DNA from: Eremomyces bilateralis CBS 781.70
Lineage: Eukaryota
DNA length: 64,000 bases
Assembly: GCA_010015585.1 (NCBI GenBank)
Contig: ML975166.1
Direction: 5' to 3' (one strand)
Made by a program: the position numbers and the translations under genes. The notes beneath the pieces were generated by a model. The model ran no database searches. It was not told where the DNA came from and saw only the letters and a program-made list of their open reading frames with translations. How positions within the stretch are numbered: position 1 is the first letter of the stretch; each line of letters starts with the position of its first letter. Positions 62,071 through 64,000 of this stretch are shown piece after piece.

Positions 62071-62889
62071 CAAATGTGGATTGTTTTGGCGAGTCCATTC
62101 CTTCTCCTGCAACCATGGCTGTACGGCAATTCTTTGATCAGGCTATTCTTCGTCTCCGATAGCGAATTGAGATGCTCCGAACTCGGGAAATGTAGCCTCG
62201 CTGCATGAACGACAGTATGGTAGTCTTCAATGGAGGCGCGGCATGCTGTAGGCAGACCTGGCACAGCATGGCTTCGTTCCAGCTATTCCGTATCTACCTA
62301 ACGCCCAACAGGCGTTCTAACATGCTCTGGACCGAATCGCGATTGGCAAACTAACCTTTCAGCTCCGACTCGCTTTGGTTTTGTTGATGCAAGGCTGAAA
62401 TTGTTCACCAATCCATCTTGACATGAAGCATCCACGGCCAGTGCCTAATCAGCAATCAATTGAGGTGGAAGAATAGTTGGATCTTCACCTTTAATGTCCT
62501 CTTCCAGCCTACAAAAACAGGGACTCGTAATTATCGACTTTCCTAATTAACGAATGTAAGACATACTTAGCTCGAAAGGTAAAGTGAGGCGAAAAGAAAC
62601 CGAAGGAGGCGATTGAGGATCGTCGACGCCTTGCGGATATTGTTCCAGACCAGCCACCTCATCGTCCACCCGGGGGGACTCAAATGTTCAAAACTTCTAG
62701 GCCCCATTGACAACAAGCTATTTATTTATCAACACTCAGTAAAATTCAATACCTTACCTACAGCCTTGGATTAAGCTCTCCTTTGTTGCTTTCTAAACCT
62801 TCGTAAGCTTTAACATCCGGCAGAAACCTAGTTGTGCAATTGACCTGCTGCTGTCTGGCGTTGTATTCGAGCCTCACGACCCCGCGACA

Positions 62890-64000
62890 ATGCCCGGTCC
62901 TACCACCGTGACCGCTGAACTCGACTTCCTCAAGAAAGATATCAAGCATTCGACGGAGAAGCCCTATAAGCTGCAATACGACCCTGGTCCCGATCTTCCC
63001 CGCTGGAACTGCGAGAACGTCTCTCAATCGGACATACCGGTCCATGACATTCGGGGACACGAGAATGAGTATACACTGGAGAAGAATGGGTTTGTGGTTC
63101 TGAAACTCGAGAGCCGGTTGGTACCCGAGGACTTCTATGATGAGAAGAAGGTGAAAGAGGTGTACTATGAGGAGGTTAAGGAGGTGCTGAAGAGAGAACG
63201 GGGAGCGAAGAGGGTGGAGATATTGGAGCATGGAGTATACCCGCCCAGACCCTTTTCCGTTCCCATGAGTCTATATTGCGCTACAAGTCTTAGCCCTTGC
63301 AACTGTTCTATCTATTGTCAAAGTCATGGGATGTCCTTTCGGATTATTGTTGACTAATTATGGTAGATTCGAAAGAGGCATGAGGAGTTTCCGATTTCAA
63401 CCGGCGGAGATTACCAATATCTTCAACCAACTTCAGTGATTCATATTGGCATGTTGGCTATCTAGCATACAGAGTGTCACGGTTTGCTAACTTAGATAGA
63501 CTTCACTCCTGAAGCAGCCCTAGAATCCAGTGCGAATATCCTCAAGGTCCCTTCGTCCGAGTACGAACGCGTTCAATGCATGAAGTATGCCATAAAGCGT
63601 TACTGATGGAGCTCGCGCTTACCGCTTCCTTAGCATCTGGAAACCTCTCCGCGGCCCACTGACGGACTGGCCACTCACCGTCTGCGATGTGCAAACGCTC
63701 GACGTCGAGCGAGACTGCGTGGCTACCGATGTGGTGACACGGGATGGATTCACGGAGAACTATCAGATCTACTACAATCCCGAACATCGATGGTACTATC
63801 TCAACAAGCAGATGCCCGATGAATTGATTGCGTTCCGCCAGACCGATACGGATGAGCGATATACTACGGGTAAGGACATTGAATTGATGGACTGAGAAGA
63901 ATCAGAGAGGGCTAACTGCGCTGTTCAGGGGTGCCGCATGCCGGGTTTAGAAACCCAATGGCTGTGAAGGGGGAAACTCCCCGTGAAAGCATCGAGATGC
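62890..64000 (+). CDS. AsaB/CmcJ-like (GA4-desaturase-like) hydroxylase/desaturase, truncated by window end
   Basis: PVHDIRG..YTLEKNGF, YYEEV, spliced IHI/DFT, IWKPLRGPLTDWPLTVCD, YNPEHRWYYL.KQ.PDE, VPHAGF, RESIEM. Confidence 0.75.

Noticed and set aside
1..64000. tRNA, rRNA or snoRNA genes
   Set aside because: No cloverleaf with A/B boxes and no convincing C/D box pair seen by eye; tRNAscan-SE or Infernal would be needed to exclude them

Overview
Eukaryotic, intron-rich DNA from a filamentous ascomycete (Pezizomycotina; short GT-AG introns with CTRAC branch points). About 26 protein-coding genes can be read. Most are housekeeping genes: RHO4, LCB3-like phosphatase, CUE5, NOP4, DHX35-like helicase, SPC25, RRN6, NUP49, FIP1, BIO2, TAO3/PAG1 and cytochrome P450 reductase. 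Accessory enzymes include an SDR, an AA7/BBE flavo-oxidase, a secreted agmatinase, an NmrA-like reductase, a PhoD-like protein, an ACC-synthase-like aminotransferase and an AsaB/CmcJ-like oxygenase. Three genes are missed or only fragmentarily captured by the ORF track and were reconstructed by hand: a cytochrome-b5-like heme/steroid-binding protein, a 53-aa Cys/His microprotein and a 9-exon DUF3237 gene. A hAT DNA transposon with both ends intact (27219-29625; 17-bp TIRs, 8-bp TSD) is inactivated by RIP-type mutations and appears internally deleted. The most interesting locus is a head-to-head pair at 54.8-62.1 kb. One gene is an NB-ARC/TPR NLR with an N-terminal helical + C2H2 zinc-finger module; the other encodes a HeLo-like N-terminus fused to a degenerate kinase-like domain (MLKL-like architecture). 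Together they are a candidate fungal immune/cell-death module. All family calls come from recalled motifs, not database searches, and exon boundaries are manual.
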